From Gemmata obscuriglobus (GTDB lineage Bacteria > Planctomycetota > Planctomycetia > Gemmatales > Gemmataceae), in contig NZ_CP042911.1 of assembly GCF_008065095.1 (NCBI RefSeq), positions 2,400,001 through 2,432,000 of the forward strand: 32,000 nt of DNA. Reading direction: 5' to 3'. Each line of letters opens with the position of its first letter. Within the stretch, counting starts at the first letter, position 1. Shown in pieces: positions 8,874 to 18,756 of this stretch. The position numbers and the translations under genes were made by a program. The notes under the pieces are model-generated. The model was not told where the DNA came from, did no database searches, and was given only the letters and a program-made list of their open reading frames with translations.

Positions 8874-10553
8874 TCAGACCCGGTCCGCGCCGGCCTTCTC
8901 GTGGACCGCGTCGCGGAGCGCCGCGAGCGCCGCGCCGGCCAGCGCCGCCCGCTCGCGGTCCAGCTCCTGGCGCGTCAGCGTGTGGAGCCCGGCTTCGGCG
9001 TCACGCCGCTCCCGCGCTTCGCGCTCCAGGAGCGCTTCCAACCGCGGCCGGAGGCGCGCGAACGCTTCCACGCACGCCGGGTCGAAGTGGGTGCCGGCGC
9101 CGGTTTGCAGCTCGGCGAACGCCCGCGCGGCCGGCATCCCGGCCCGGTACGGGCGGTCCGAGGTCATCGCGTCGAACGCGTCCGCCACCGCCACCACGCG
9201 AGCGGTCAGGGGGATCTCTTCGCCCTTCAGTGCGTCCGGGTACCCGCGCCCGTCCCAGCGCTCGTGGTGCCCCCGGACGACCGGCAGCGCCCACGCGAGC
9301 CCGGGGATCATCTGGACGATCTCCGCCCCGCGCAGCACATGCGTCTTCATCTGCGTGAACTCGGCGTCCGACAGCCGCCCCGGCTTCCGGAGGATGGCGT
9401 CATCAATGCCGATCTTGCCGATGTCGTGGAGCAGTGTGGCCACCTGGAGCTGCTTGCGGTCCTCGTCGGGCAGCCCCAACTCGTCGGCCAGCAGCAGCGC
9501 GTAGGTGGTGACCCGCTGGGTGTGGTTGCCGGTGTACTCGTCGCGCATCTCCACGGCCTGGGCCAGCGCCGTGACGGTCTGGACGAACATGGCCCGGTTC
9601 CGCTCGATCAGTTGCTGCCGGTCCAGCCCGAGCGCGACCGCGTCGGCCAGCGTGTCGGCCAGCTCCAGGTCCGCGGCGGTGAACGGTTCGGCCTCCATCC
9701 CGCGGTCCAGGTGGAGGGCACCGAACGCGCGGTCCGGCGCCTGGAGGATCGCGCAGATGACGGAGTTCAGGTCGCCGCTGACGGCGCTCTCGGCCTGGTA
9801 GCGGGCGGCCTCGGTTCGGTCCGCGAACAGCAGCGACTGCCGGCGCCGCAGCGCGACCGCGGCGAGCGTCTTGCCGGGCGGGCGCCCGCCGCGGGCGGCA
9901 AAGTGCCGGGCGGCGAGGTGGCCGGTCGCGTCGTCCACGAGGAACACCGCCGCCCGGCGGGCCCCGAAACAGACCAGCGCGTCGCTGATTAGCGCCTGAA
10001 GCGCGTCCGCGGGCCGCGGCGCTTCGGCCAGCCGGTGTGCCGCCCGGATCAGTCGCAAGAAGCCCGGCCGCTCGGGGCCGGCGCCGACCGGGGCGGTCGT
10101 GTCGATCGGGTCGGGGTGCCGCCGGGCCGCGGCCTCGACGTGAACCGTTTGGTTCCCGAGCCGCACCGCGATCGGCCGAACCCGGACGAGGTCCACCGTG
10201 AACACCAGCGCGCCGATCTGGATCGTGTCGCCGGCCTTCAACGGCTGCGGGGTGCGGCCGATGCGTACGCCGTTCAGGACCGTGCCGTTGGAACTGCCGC
10301 GGTCGCGGACCACCCACACCTCGTCGAGCAGGTACACTTCGGCGTGCAACCGGCTCACGGACAGGTCGTCGAGGGCGACCTCGAGTTCCGGGAGCCGGCC
10401 CATGCGCAGGTGCCCGGACGCGGTCCAGGTGCGCGGGGCGGTGCCGTCGCCGGCGAGTGAAAGGGTGACGCACGGCTGCTCGGTGCTGGGCGGTTCCATA
10501 CGTTTTCGGCGCTCCGGTGCGGAGAGGGGTGGCCGAAGGGCGGGACTGGTCAA
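8874..10553 (-). CDS. FHA-GAF-HD-GYP multidomain signalling protein (putative c-di-GMP phosphodiesterase)
   Basis: FHA: 'LRMGRLPELEVALDDLSVSRLHAEV...VVRDRGSSNGTVLNGVRI'. The central region is GAF-like. HD-GYP: 'TLLHDIGKIGI' and 'VVRGHHERWDGRGYP'. An alternative start is ATG 10499. Confidence 0.85.
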   Translation of the reverse strand: MTSPALRPPLSAPERRKRMEPPSTEQPCVTLSLAGDGTAPRTWTASGHLRMGRLPELEVALDDLSVSRLHAEVYLLDEVWVVRDRGSSNGTVLNGVRIGRTPQPLKAGDTIQIGALVFTVDLVRVRPIAVRLGNQTVHVEAAARRHPDPIDTTAPVGAGPERPGFLRLIRAAHRLAEAPRPADALQALISDALVCFGARRAAVFLVDDATGHLAARHFAARGGRPPGKTLAAVALRRRQSLLFADRTEAARYQAESAVSGDLNSVICAILQAPDRAFGALHLDRGMEAEPFTAADLELADTLADAVALGLDRQQLIERNRAMFVQTVTALAQAVEMRDEYTGNHTQRVTTYALLLADELGLPDEDRKQLQVATLLHDIGKIGIDDAILRKPGRLSDAEFTQMKTHVLRGAEIVQMIPGLAWALPVVRGHHERWDGRGYPDALKGEEIPLTARVVAVADAFDAMTSDRPYRAGMPAARAFAELQTGAGTHFDPACVEAFARLRPRLEALLEREARERRDAEAGLHTLTRQELDRERAALAGAALAALRDAVHEKAGADRV

Positions 10554-10804
10554 TTTTGTAACCCCGCAAATCTAGAACACGGCCCCGACAAAAGTCGCTG
10601 CGCGTCAGGGTTTTGGAGGCCGATCTGTGTTGCGCAGTGGCAAGACCGGTTGCGGCACAACGGCGCCGCCGTCCCGGCTCGTCCGGCGCGTGAAGGCCCC
10701 GGGCGTCTTGCCCGGCGAAACGGGGCGCCGGGCGGCCGCCACTGCCCCTGCGCGACCGTATTCCTACACTTCACACGGTCGTCTCGTTCCAAGCGGGTGG
10801 TGCG

Positions 10805-11641
10805 ATGGAAGTGACCAAGGCGGTGATCACGGCCGCGGGCCGCAGCCAGCGGGGGCTGCCGGTGCAGGCCCTCGTGGACCGCGACGGCGCGGAAAAGCGG
10901 GCGCTGGAGGTCGTGCTCGACGAGGCGGTCGAAGCGGGCGCCGAGGAGGTGTGCCTGGTGATCGCGCCGGGCGACGCGGCCGCGTACCGGGCGGCCGCCG
11001 GCCCCCACGCGGGGCGGCTCACCTTCGTGGAACAGCCCGAGCCGCTCGGCTACGGCCACGCGGTGCTGCTCGCCCGCGAGTTCACCGCCGGCCGCCCGTT
11101 TCTGCACATGGTCAGCGACCACCTGTTCGTCGCCCGCGGGGCCACCCGCTCGGCGAAGCAGGTCGCCGACCTGGCCCGGGCCGAAGGGTGCGCGGTCTCG
11201 GCCGTGCAGCCCACCCGGGAGCGGGCGCTGCGGTTCTACGGGGCCGTGGGCGGGCGCCGGGTGCCCCGCCGCCCGGACCTGTACGAGGTCCAGCACGTGC
11301 TCGAGAAGCCGACCCCGAGCGAGGCCGAGCAGGTACTCTCGGTGCCCGGGGTGCGGGCCGGGTTCTACCTGTGCTTCTTCGGCATCCACGTGCTCACCCC
11401 CGCGGTCATGGGCCTCCTTGCCGAGCAGGCCGCGCGGGGGGCGGAGCCGCTGGCCCTCTCCCCGGCGCTCGCCGAACTGGCCCGGCGCGAGCGCTACCTC
11501 GCCCTTGAGGTGGCCGGGCAGCGGTACGACACCGGGCTCAAGTACGGGCTGCTCACGGCGCAGCTCGCCCTCGCCCTCGACGGCGTGGACCGGGAGCGGA
11601 TCCTGGCCCAGATCATCGACCTCCTGGCCCAGCGGGGCTGA
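10805..11641 (+). CDS. Sugar-1-phosphate nucleotidyltransferase, GalU-like, with an atypical N-terminal signature
   Basis: 278 aa. '[19 protein letters not shown]' occupies the place of the canonical 'AAGxGTRxLPxTK'. '[18 protein letters not shown]...[11 protein letters not shown]' is typical of the NTP_transferase fold. The next gene starts 7 nt after its stop. Confidence 0.7.
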   Translation: MEVTKAVITAAGRSQRGLPVQALVDRDGAEKRALEVVLDEAVEAGAEEVCLVIAPGDAAAYRAAAGPHAGRLTFVEQPEPLGYGHAVLLAREFTAGRPFLHMVSDHLFVARGATRSAKQVADLARAEGCAVSAVQPTRERALRFYGAVGGRRVPRRPDLYEVQHVLEKPTPSEAEQVLSVPGVRAGFYLCFFGIHVLTPAVMGLLAEQAARGAEPLALSPALAELARRERYLALEVAGQRYDTGLKYGLLTAQLALALDGVDRERILAQIIDLLAQRG

Positions 11642-11648
11642 TCCGCCT

Positions 11649-14600
11649 ATGCCGCTCAGCGACCTGATCACGTCCGCCGACCCGGCGGTGCGGAACACCC
11701 CCCTGGCCGCCGCGTGCCGCGCCCTCGGCTACGGCGAGCTGCTGGCCGAGCGGGACGCCCTCGACCGGTTCCGGCGCGACCGCGAGAACCTGTACGAGCG
11801 GGTCCGGGCGCTGTTCTTCCTGTACGCGATCGACCGGTTCCACCTGCCCGCCCGGCCCGAACTGCCGGCCGCCGGCCGGGTGCCCTACGCGGGCGTCGAG
11901 CGGCTCATGGGCCGGCGGTTCGACGAGGCGGTGCGGCTGTTCCGCGCGGAGGAGGCGGCCCGCGGGCCGAGCGACCCGCTGTGCAGCGCCCTGGCCGCGG
12001 CGTACCACGCGCTCGCGTTCCAGACCCTCGCCGACCAGGTGCGGGCGAGCGTCCGCGGGGCCCCGGGCAACCGGTGGATGTTCCGCACCGGGTCGGCCGA
12101 CGAGCACCCGCTCCGGGTGCGCCCCGAACTGCTCGCCCGGTCCGGTCCCGGCACCCCGTTCCCGGTGCTCCGCGAGCGCACCCCCGTGCGCATGGACCTG
12201 TCCCACTCGTGCTGGAGCGATATTTTCTTCCTGGGCATGGACTACCCGGAAGGGGCGCGGGTGCTGAACGTGTCCATCGACCTGGGCGTGAACGGGCGGG
12301 ACGCGGCCCCGCGGCCGCCCATTGAGGTCTACTTCCGGGTCATCGACGAGCCGGTGCTCCGGCTGGTGAGCGTGGACCTGGACGCCGCGGCCGACGTGCG
12401 GTCGCTCGACGAGGTGTTCGACTTCGCACGGGACTACCTGGGGCTGCTGAAGGCCGCGGTGATCGCGTCGGGGCTGATCCCGCCGGGCCTGGAGGGCGTG
12501 CGCCAGGAGCTGGGCCAGGTGCTGGAGGCGCTGGTCGGTCCGGGGCTGGGGATCGAGCTGGTCAGTGTGGTGAACGACATTCCGAAGGGCTCGCGGCTGG
12601 CGGTGTCCACTAACCTGCTGGCGGCCCTCATCGCGGTGTGCATGCGCACCACGGGGCAGGCGAAGGCGCTCACCGGCGGGCTGAGCGAGCCCGAGCGCCG
12701 GCTGGTCGCGGCGCGGGCCATCCTCGGCGAGTGGATCGGCGGGTCCGGCGGCGGGTGGCAGGACTCGGGCGGGGTGTGGCCCGGGATCAAGCTCATCGAG
12801 GGCGCCGCCGCGGCCGAGGGCGACCCGGAGTTCGGCGTGAGCCGCGGGTGCCTGCTCCCGCGGCACACGGTGCTGGGTCCGGACCGCGTGCCGCCGGACG
12901 CGCGGCGGCGGCTGGAAGACAGCCTCGTGCTCGTCCACGGCGGCATGGCGCAGAACGTCGGCCCGGTGCTCGAGATGGTGACGGAGAAGTACCTGCTCCG
13001 CGAGGAGCGCGAGTGGGCCGCCCGCCAGGAGGCGCTCGGGTTCTTCGACGAGATCGTGGGGCGCCTGGAGCGGGGCGAGGTGCGGGCGCTGGGCGCCGCC
13101 ACCACGCGGAACTTCGGCGGGCCGATCCAGACCATCATCCCGGCCGCGACCAACGCGTTCACCGAGGCGCTGATCGCCTCGACGCGGGCGCACTTCGGTA
13201 CGGACTTCTGGGGCTTCTGGATGCTGGGCGGGATGTCCGGCGGCGGGATGGGGTTCATCGTCGCGCCCGAGCGGAAGCCGGAGGCGCAGCGGTTCCTGCT
13301 CGCCGAGATGTCCCGGCTGCGGGGCGCGCTGCGCACGAGCCTGCCGTTCGCGATGGAACCGGTCGTCTACGACTTCGCCATCAACCCGCGCGGCACCGCC
13401 GCCGACCTGCTGCCCGCGGACGAGTCGCTCCTGCCGCGCGGGTACTACGCCCTGCTCGTCCCGCGGTGGCTCCGCGAGGACCCGCGCGCGGTGCCGGCGT
13501 CGAAGCGGGCCGAACTCGACCGCGTGGGCCGGGCCGCTCGTCGGGGAGGAGACCTGGCGGGCCTGGTGGAGTCGCTGTTCGACCGCATGCTGCCGAGCGC
13601 GCCGGCCGCCGCCGCCCGGAGCGGCACCCTGACCGAACTGCTGGCGGCCAACGGGTTCGACCGCGAGCAGCACGAGCGCGTCCGCGCGGACCTGCGCCGC
13701 GGCCTCATCGGGCTGGCCCAGAACCGGCTCCCGGCGTCGACGGTGGTCGAGGACGTGAAGCCCGGCGACGTGTCTGATGCTCGCGCTGGTATAAGCGCGG
13801 AGCACGTGGCACGGGGCCGTGCGGCGCTGGAGGCCGGTGAGGCCGCGGTGGTGACGCTGGCGGCCGGGGCCGGGAGCCGGTGGACGCAAGGGGCGGGCGT
13901 GGTGAAGGCGCTCCACCCGTTCGTGCGGCTCGCCGGCCGGCACCGCACGTTCCTCGAGATCCATTTGGCGAAGAGCCGGCGCGTGTCGGACCTCGTCGGG
14001 GCGCCGGTGCCGCACGTGTTCACGACGGGGTACCTGACGCACGAGCCGATCCGGGCGCACCTGGACGGCAACCGCTCCTACGTCTACCCGGGGCCGGTGC
14101 GGCTCTCGCCCGGGGCGTCCGTCGGGCTGCGCCTGGTGCCGATGGAGCGGGACCTGCGGTTCGCGTGGGAGGAGACCGCGCACCAGGTGCTCGACGAGCG
14201 CAAGCAGCGGGTCCGCGAGAGCGCCCACGCGGCCCTCATCGGCTGGGCCAAGGCGGCGGGCGAGGGGGCGGACTACACCGACAACGAGCCGCCCCAGTGC
14301 CTGCACCCGGTGGGCCACTGGTACGAGGTGCCGAACCTGCTCCTGAACGGGACGCTCCGGGACCTGCTGGCCGAGCGCCCGCGGCTCAAGTACCTGCTCG
14401 TCCACAACGTGGACACGCTCGGCGCGGCCCTCGACCCGGGGGTGCTGGGGCTGCACATCGCGTCCGGCCGGGCGCTCACCTACGAGGTGATCGGGCGGCG
14501 GATCGACGACCGCGGCGGCGGGTTGGCCCGCGTGGACGGGAAGGTGCGCATCGTCGAAGGGCTCGCGATGCCGCGCGAGGAGGAGGAGTTCAACCTCACC

Positions 14601-14969
14601 TTTTACAACACCCTCACCACCTGGGTGGACATCGACCAACTGCTCACGTGGTTCGGTCTGACGCGCGCCGATCTGGCGGACGCCGAAAAGGTGGGGGAGG
14701 CCATCGGGCGCATGGCGCCCCGGCTCCCGACGTACGTGACGCTCAAGGACGTGAAGAAGCGCTGGGGGCACGGGCAAGAGGACGTGTACCCGGTATGTCA
14801 GTTCGAGAAGCTGTGGGGCGATATGACGGCCGTCGGGGGCGTGGACTGCGGGTTCGTCGCGGTGCCCCGCCCGCGCGGGCAGCAGCTCAAAGACCCCGCC
14901 CAGCTCGACGGCTGGCTCCGCGACGGCTCCGCGGATGCGATCGCGTCGCTGTGCGCCTTCTCCGACTGA
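11649..14969 (+). CDS. 1106-aa fusion protein: unknown N-terminal region + GHMP-kinase-like (fucokinase-type) module + C-terminal UDPGP-family NDP-sugar pyrophosphorylase
   Basis: The start is taken at ATG 11649 ('MPLSDLI'), because the 11418 start would overlap the GalU-like gene. The GHMP-like motifs are '[18 protein letters not shown]' (degenerate motif II), '[15 protein letters not shown]' and '[15 protein letters not shown]'. The UDPGP-like motifs are '[22 protein letters not shown]', '[15 protein letters not shown]' and '[12 protein letters not shown]'. Confidence 0.75.
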   Translation: MPLSDLITSADPAVRNTPLAAACRALGYGELLAERDALDRFRRDRENLYERVRALFFLYAIDRFHLPARPELPAAGRVPYAGVERLMGRRFDEAVRLFRAEEAARGPSDPLCSALAAAYHALAFQTLADQVRASVRGAPGNRWMFRTGSADEHPLRVRPELLARSGPGTPFPVLRERTPVRMDLSHSCWSDIFFLGMDYPEGARVLNVSIDLGVNGRDAAPRPPIEVYFRVIDEPVLRLVSVDLDAAADVRSLDEVFDFARDYLGLLKAAVIASGLIPPGLEGVRQELGQVLEALVGPGLGIELVSVVNDIPKGSRLAVSTNLLAALIAVCMRTTGQAKALTGGLSEPERRLVAARAILGEWIGGSGGGWQDSGGVWPGIKLIEGAAAAEGDPEFGVSRGCLLPRHTVLGPDRVPPDARRRLEDSLVLVHGGMAQNVGPVLEMVTEKYLLREEREWAARQEALGFFDEIVGRLERGEVRALGAATTRNFGGPIQTIIPAATNAFTEALIASTRAHFGTDFWGFWMLGGMSGGGMGFIVAPERKPEAQRFLLAEMSRLRGALRTSLPFAMEPVVYDFAINPRGTAADLLPADESLLPRGYYALLVPRWLREDPRAVPASKRAELDRVGRAARRGGDLAGLVESLFDRMLPSAPAAAARSGTLTELLAANGFDREQHERVRADLRRGLIGLAQNRLPASTVVEDVKPGDVSDARAGISAEHVARGRAALEAGEAAVVTLAAGAGSRWTQGAGVVKALHPFVRLAGRHRTFLEIHLAKSRRVSDLVGAPVPHVFTTGYLTHEPIRAHLDGNRSYVYPGPVRLSPGASVGLRLVPMERDLRFAWEETAHQVLDERKQRVRESAHAALIGWAKAAGEGADYTDNEPPQCLHPVGHWYEVPNLLLNGTLRDLLAERPRLKYLLVHNVDTLGAALDPGVLGLHIASGRALTYEVIGRRIDDRGGGLARVDGKVRIVEGLAMPREEEEFNLTFYNTLTTWVDIDQLLTWFGLTRADLADAEKVGEAIGRMAPRLPTYVTLKDVKKRWGHGQEDVYPVCQFEKLWGDMTAVGGVDCGFVAVPRPRGQQLKDPAQLDGWLRDGSADAIASLCAFSD

Positions 14970-15238
14970 CCCGCTCCTCGCATGCGCCCCGGTTCGGAGT
15001 AATAAACTCCGGGCCGGATTGCGTTTGTATTCCGTAACACGTCTTCCGCGCCGGCTAACAATTCGTCGCTCTGTTCTGACTTTCGGTCCGCATTCCTGGT
15101 GAGGTCGGCAGAACCGCTCGCCGGTTGTGCTGGTGACGAACCGGGATCGTGGGTAAAGGTGTGGCGTCCGCCGTTCCCGTCGCGGAAACTGGATGGCGGC
15201 CGACGGACCCCCGCACCCCAATACCAAAACGCTTCCCT

Positions 15239-16348
15239 ATGAAAGCCCCGTCGCTCACGATCGGCATTGAGGAAGAGTACCAGATCATCGATCCTGCGAC
15301 GGGTGAGTTGAAGTCGTACATCACCCAGATCCTTGACGAGGGGAAGCTGATCCTCAAGGAGCAGATCAAGGCCGAGCTGCACCAGTCGATGGTGGAGGTC
15401 GGGACGGAGATCTGCCAGACGCCGGCCGACGCGCGCAACGAGCTGGTGAAGCTGCGCCGGAGCATTTCCGAACTGGCCGGGCGGCACGGGCTGGTCATCG
15501 CGGCGGCCGGCACGCACCCGTTTTCGAACTGGGAGCAGCAGGAGATCACCCCGTTCGAGCGGTACCTCGGCGTGCAGAACGACATGCAGGATCTGGCCCG
15601 CCAACTGCTCATCTTCGGCACTCACGTTCACATCGGGATCGAGGACCGCGACTTCCTCATCGACGCGATGAACGTGGCGCGGTACTTCGCGCCGCACATC
15701 CTCTGCCTCAGCACCTCGTCCCCGTTCTGGACCGGGCGCCGGACCGGGCTCAAGAGCTACCGGTCGATCATTTTCCGTCACTTCCCGCGGTCCGGGATGC
15801 CGCCGTTCTTCGACGGGTGGCCCGAGTACAACGGGATGGTGGAGGCGATGGTCCGCACCAACTGCATCCCGGACGGGTCCAAGATCTGGTACGACGTGCG
15901 CCCCAACCACCGGTACCCGACGCTCGAGTTCCGCATCTGCGACGTGTGCACAAAGGTGGACGAGGCGGTGTGCATCGCCGCCATCTTCCAGGCGATCATC
16001 GCCAAACTGTGGAAGCTGCGGCGCGACAACCTGACGTTCCGCGTGTACCCCACGGAGCTGATCGAGGAGAACAAGTGGCGCGCGGTGCGGTACGGGCTCG
16101 ACGGCAAGATGCTCGACCTCGGCAAGCAGAAGGAGGTGCCGGTCCGCGAACTCATCCACGAGCTGATCGACTGGTTCCTGCGCGACGTGCTCGACGAACT
16201 GGGGACGCGCGCCGAGGTGGAATACGCCTATAAGATTATGGAGGGCGGCTCCAGCGCCGACCGGCAGTTGAAAACGTTCAACGAGGTCGGCAGCACCCGG
16301 GCCGTGGTGAGCCAGTTGGTGCGCGAGACGCAGGAAGGCGTTTCGTGA
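15239..16348 (+). CDS. Carboxylate-amine ligase, YbdK / glutamate-cysteine ligase family 2 (GCS2)
   Basis: The start is taken at ATG 15239. 'LTIGIEEEYQIIDPATGEL', 'ELHQSMVEVGTEIC', 'GTHPF' and 'YPTLEFRICD' are hallmark GCS2 motifs. Confidence 0.85.
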   Translation: MKAPSLTIGIEEEYQIIDPATGELKSYITQILDEGKLILKEQIKAELHQSMVEVGTEICQTPADARNELVKLRRSISELAGRHGLVIAAAGTHPFSNWEQQEITPFERYLGVQNDMQDLARQLLIFGTHVHIGIEDRDFLIDAMNVARYFAPHILCLSTSSPFWTGRRTGLKSYRSIIFRHFPRSGMPPFFDGWPEYNGMVEAMVRTNCIPDGSKIWYDVRPNHRYPTLEFRICDVCTKVDEAVCIAAIFQAIIAKLWKLRRDNLTFRVYPTELIEENKWRAVRYGLDGKMLDLGKQKEVPVRELIHELIDWFLRDVLDELGTRAEVEYAYKIMEGGSSADRQLKTFNEVGSTRAVVSQLVRETQEGVS

Positions 16349-16355
16349 CGCCGTC

Positions 16356-16443
16356 GGAAGTCGTCAGGTCGAACGTCGCCAAGTCGAAGACCCAGACGCT
16401 GACCGCTTCCGACTTCACGACTTCACGACTTCGACTTTGCGAC
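16356..16443. repeat. Cluster of CGACTTC / GAAGTCG heptamers: three 8-bp-period direct copies facing inverted copies, including a 15-bp inverted repeat with one mismatch
   Basis: CGACTTC occurs at 16410-16416, 16418-16424 and 16426-16432, with CGACTTT at 16432-16438. GAAGTCG occurs at 16357-16363. GTCGCCAAGTCGAAG (16375-16389) pairs with CTTCGACTTTGCGAC (16429-16443). The cluster lies between the GCS2 stop and the next start. Confidence 0.8.
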
Positions 16444-16450
16444 ACGGGAC

Positions 16451-16885
16451 ATGCAGACGTTCGAGCGCGACCGCATCGCCATCCGGTACCCGGAATCGTG
16501 GGACATTGAGGAGGCCGAGGACGCCGAGAGCGGGGCGTGGACGGTCACCGTTTCCAGCCCGGAGACGGCGTTCCTGATGATGTCGCTCCAGCCGGAGGCG
16601 GACCACCCCGGCGACATCGCGGACCAGACGCTCGAGGCGCTGCGGGCCGATTACCAGGAACTCGACGCCGAAAACGTGGTCGAGACGATCTGCGGGCTGC
16701 CCGCGGTCGGGTTCAACGCGGACTTCATCACCGCGGACACCACGACCACCTGCCGCGTGCGGTGCGTGGCCACGGACGCGGGGCCGCTGCTGCTGATGGT
16801 TCAGGTGAGCGAGTACGACCGCGCCCGCAACGAGCCGGTGCTGGCCGCGATCATGAAGTCGCTCGACGTGGACACCGACGACTGA
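16451..16885 (+). CDS. Hypothetical small acidic protein (144 aa)
   Basis: The ORF has coding-like composition, is co-oriented between the GCS2 and NAPRTase-family genes, and starts with ATG. I recognise no family. Confidence 0.55.
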   Translation: MQTFERDRIAIRYPESWDIEEAEDAESGAWTVTVSSPETAFLMMSLQPEADHPGDIADQTLEALRADYQELDAENVVETICGLPAVGFNADFITADTTTTCRVRCVATDAGPLLLMVQVSEYDRARNEPVLAAIMKSLDVDTDD

Positions 16886-16963
16886 CGCCGCGCCGTTCGA
16901 TTCCCCATCGCACTTCGCGAGCGGGCCGCGTTCGAAGCGCAAGCACCCGCTCGATCCGAACCC

Positions 16964-18472
16964 GTGAAGATTCCCATGCCCACCGACCCGTTCGCCGCGA
17001 AACGCGCGGAGATGCGCGACGAGTTCTTTGCCAAGCTGTTTCTGCTCGGCGGCTGGCTCGGGAGCACGGACACTTACAAGCGCACCATGTGGGCCGCCGT
17101 GCCCGACATCGCGCTTCAGCCCGCGGCGTACACGCTGACGTTTCGCAAGGGGTTGCCCGAGCCGGGCGCGAACAACCGACTCGTGATGGCGGGGCACGAG
17201 GCCGTGCTCGCGCAGTGGTTCCACCGCCCCCTGCGACGCCGCGACATCCTACTGGCGCGCGACTGGTACGCCCGACACTCCGCGACGAAGGCCTTTCCCG
17301 CCGAGGTCTGGGACGCGGTCCTCGCGCAGCCCGGGGAGGAGCTGAGGCTCCCGGTTGACGTGTGGGGCCTGCCGGGCGGGCAGACGTTCCTCGCCGGCGT
17401 CCCGTGCCTCACGTTCGAGGGTCCGGGCGCGCTGATCTCTTACACCGAGCCCGCGATGTGCCGCTACTTCGCGCCGGTGATCCAGGCCACCAAGGCGCGG
17501 CTGATGCGCGCGGCCACCCCGCGCGACGCCGAGTTCGGGCTGCGGTCCGCGCCCGTCGAGGTGTGCAACCTCATCCTGCTGCTGGCGCGGTTCGTAGGCG
17601 GGGCCGGGGACGAAGGGGCACCGCAGCTCACGTCGAACGACACCGCCGAGTTCATGTGGCCCGAACTGTTCCGGTCGATCGGCACCATCGGCCATGAGAT
17701 GATGTGCGCCGCCCAGTCGTTCGACCGGACGCTGGCCGAAGCCGAGTTCGAGATGATGGACCGGTTCGTGTCGAAGATGGGCGCCGCCTCGCTGCTGTGC
17801 GACCTCGTGGACGCCGAGACCGTCGGGCTGGAAAACGCCCTGCGGGTGATCCGGTCGCACCCCGAAACGGACCGCGTCGGGGTGCGGGTGGACAGCGGGG
17901 AGATTGCGGGGCAGTGCGTGCTGTACTTCCAGAAGATGAAGCAGCTCGGCATCCCGCCGCGGGTGATCGTCTTCGAGGACGAGGTCACGCCCGAGGGGGT
18001 GCGGCGGGTGTACGACACGTTCCGCGCGCAGACCGGCGTCGAACCGACGATGCTGTTCCCGGGGGCCGGAGGGTACTGGTGGAAGCTGGTCCACCGCGAC
18101 ACGGTCAGTGCCGCGTTCAAGCGCACCGCCACCGCGGACCGACCCAACGTGAAGTTCTCCAACTCGCCCGGCAAGGAGACCGTCCCCGGGTACGTGCGCG
18201 TGTACGCCCGCGGCGACACGCTGGTGGTCGCGGACCGGAGCGAGAGCGTCGACGGCGAGCCGCTGTTCGTGAAGCTCGTCGATCAGGGGCGGGTGGTGTA
18301 CGCCGAGGGCTTCTGCGAGCAGGCGGCCCGCGCCGAGCGGACGTGGGGCCGGTACGCGAGGTGGGAGGTCTCGCCGCTGCTGCGGGACCACCTGGACCGG
18401 TTCGCCGCGATGCGGGCGGCCGAGGTGGCCGCGGCCCGGGCGCGGCTCGCCGTCGGGGCGGGGCCGACGTAA
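16964..18472 (+). CDS. Nicotinate/nicotinamide phosphoribosyltransferase-family protein (divergent)
   Basis: 'STDTYKRTMW' (cf. TDxYxxTM), 'DAEFGLRSA', 'GTIGHEMM' and 'VGVRVDSGE' follow the order of NAPRTase-family motifs. The start is either GTG 16964 or ATG 16976. Confidence 0.65.
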   Translation: MKIPMPTDPFAAKRAEMRDEFFAKLFLLGGWLGSTDTYKRTMWAAVPDIALQPAAYTLTFRKGLPEPGANNRLVMAGHEAVLAQWFHRPLRRRDILLARDWYARHSATKAFPAEVWDAVLAQPGEELRLPVDVWGLPGGQTFLAGVPCLTFEGPGALISYTEPAMCRYFAPVIQATKARLMRAATPRDAEFGLRSAPVEVCNLILLLARFVGGAGDEGAPQLTSNDTAEFMWPELFRSIGTIGHEMMCAAQSFDRTLAEAEFEMMDRFVSKMGAASLLCDLVDAETVGLENALRVIRSHPETDRVGVRVDSGEIAGQCVLYFQKMKQLGIPPRVIVFEDEVTPEGVRRVYDTFRAQTGVEPTMLFPGAGGYWWKLVHRDTVSAAFKRTATADRPNVKFSNSPGKETVPGYVRVYARGDTLVVADRSESVDGEPLFVKLVDQGRVVYAEGFCEQAARAERTWGRYARWEVSPLLRDHLDRFAAMRAAEVAAARARLAVGAGPT

Positions 18473-18672
18473 TCGTCATCCAGCCGCGCGCCGCGTGCGT
18501 GAACGTCGCCTGCTTCAGCCCGGACGGGACCCGGATGGCGTCGGTGTCCGAGGACGGCTGGGCGAAGGCGTTGGACCCGGCCGAACTGCACGTCGGCGCC
18601 TCGGTGTGGCAGGTTAACGCGGAGGCGAACGACTCGGGCGTGTGGGAAATGACATTAGACAGGCTATTTTAG
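18472..18672 (+). pseudogene. Orphan WD40-repeat fragment
   Basis: Frame 1 reads '...VACFSPDGTRMASVSEDGWAKALDP...' and then stops. This is one WD40 blade signature with no convincing start and no further repeats. It begins at the NAPRTase-family stop codon. Confidence 0.4.
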
Positions 18673-18756
18673 CTCTCACGTTGTGGCAGGGCCTGCGCAC
18701 TATGAAGTAGTGGCCGGGTAAGGGTTTGTGCGTATCACGGGTTCCAGGAGCAACCG

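Noticed and set aside
11418-11648. Upstream extensions of ORF-track entries: 11418 for the fusion gene, 4558 for the fifth GT, 15149 for GCS2, 25547 for UNG-ART, 25779 for macro and 29344 for the permease.
   Set aside because: The extensions overlap neighbouring genes or cross divergent starts, translate to low-complexity sequence, and have better internal starts (ATG with a Shine-Dalgarno-like motif, or a stop/start overlap) where family similarity begins.
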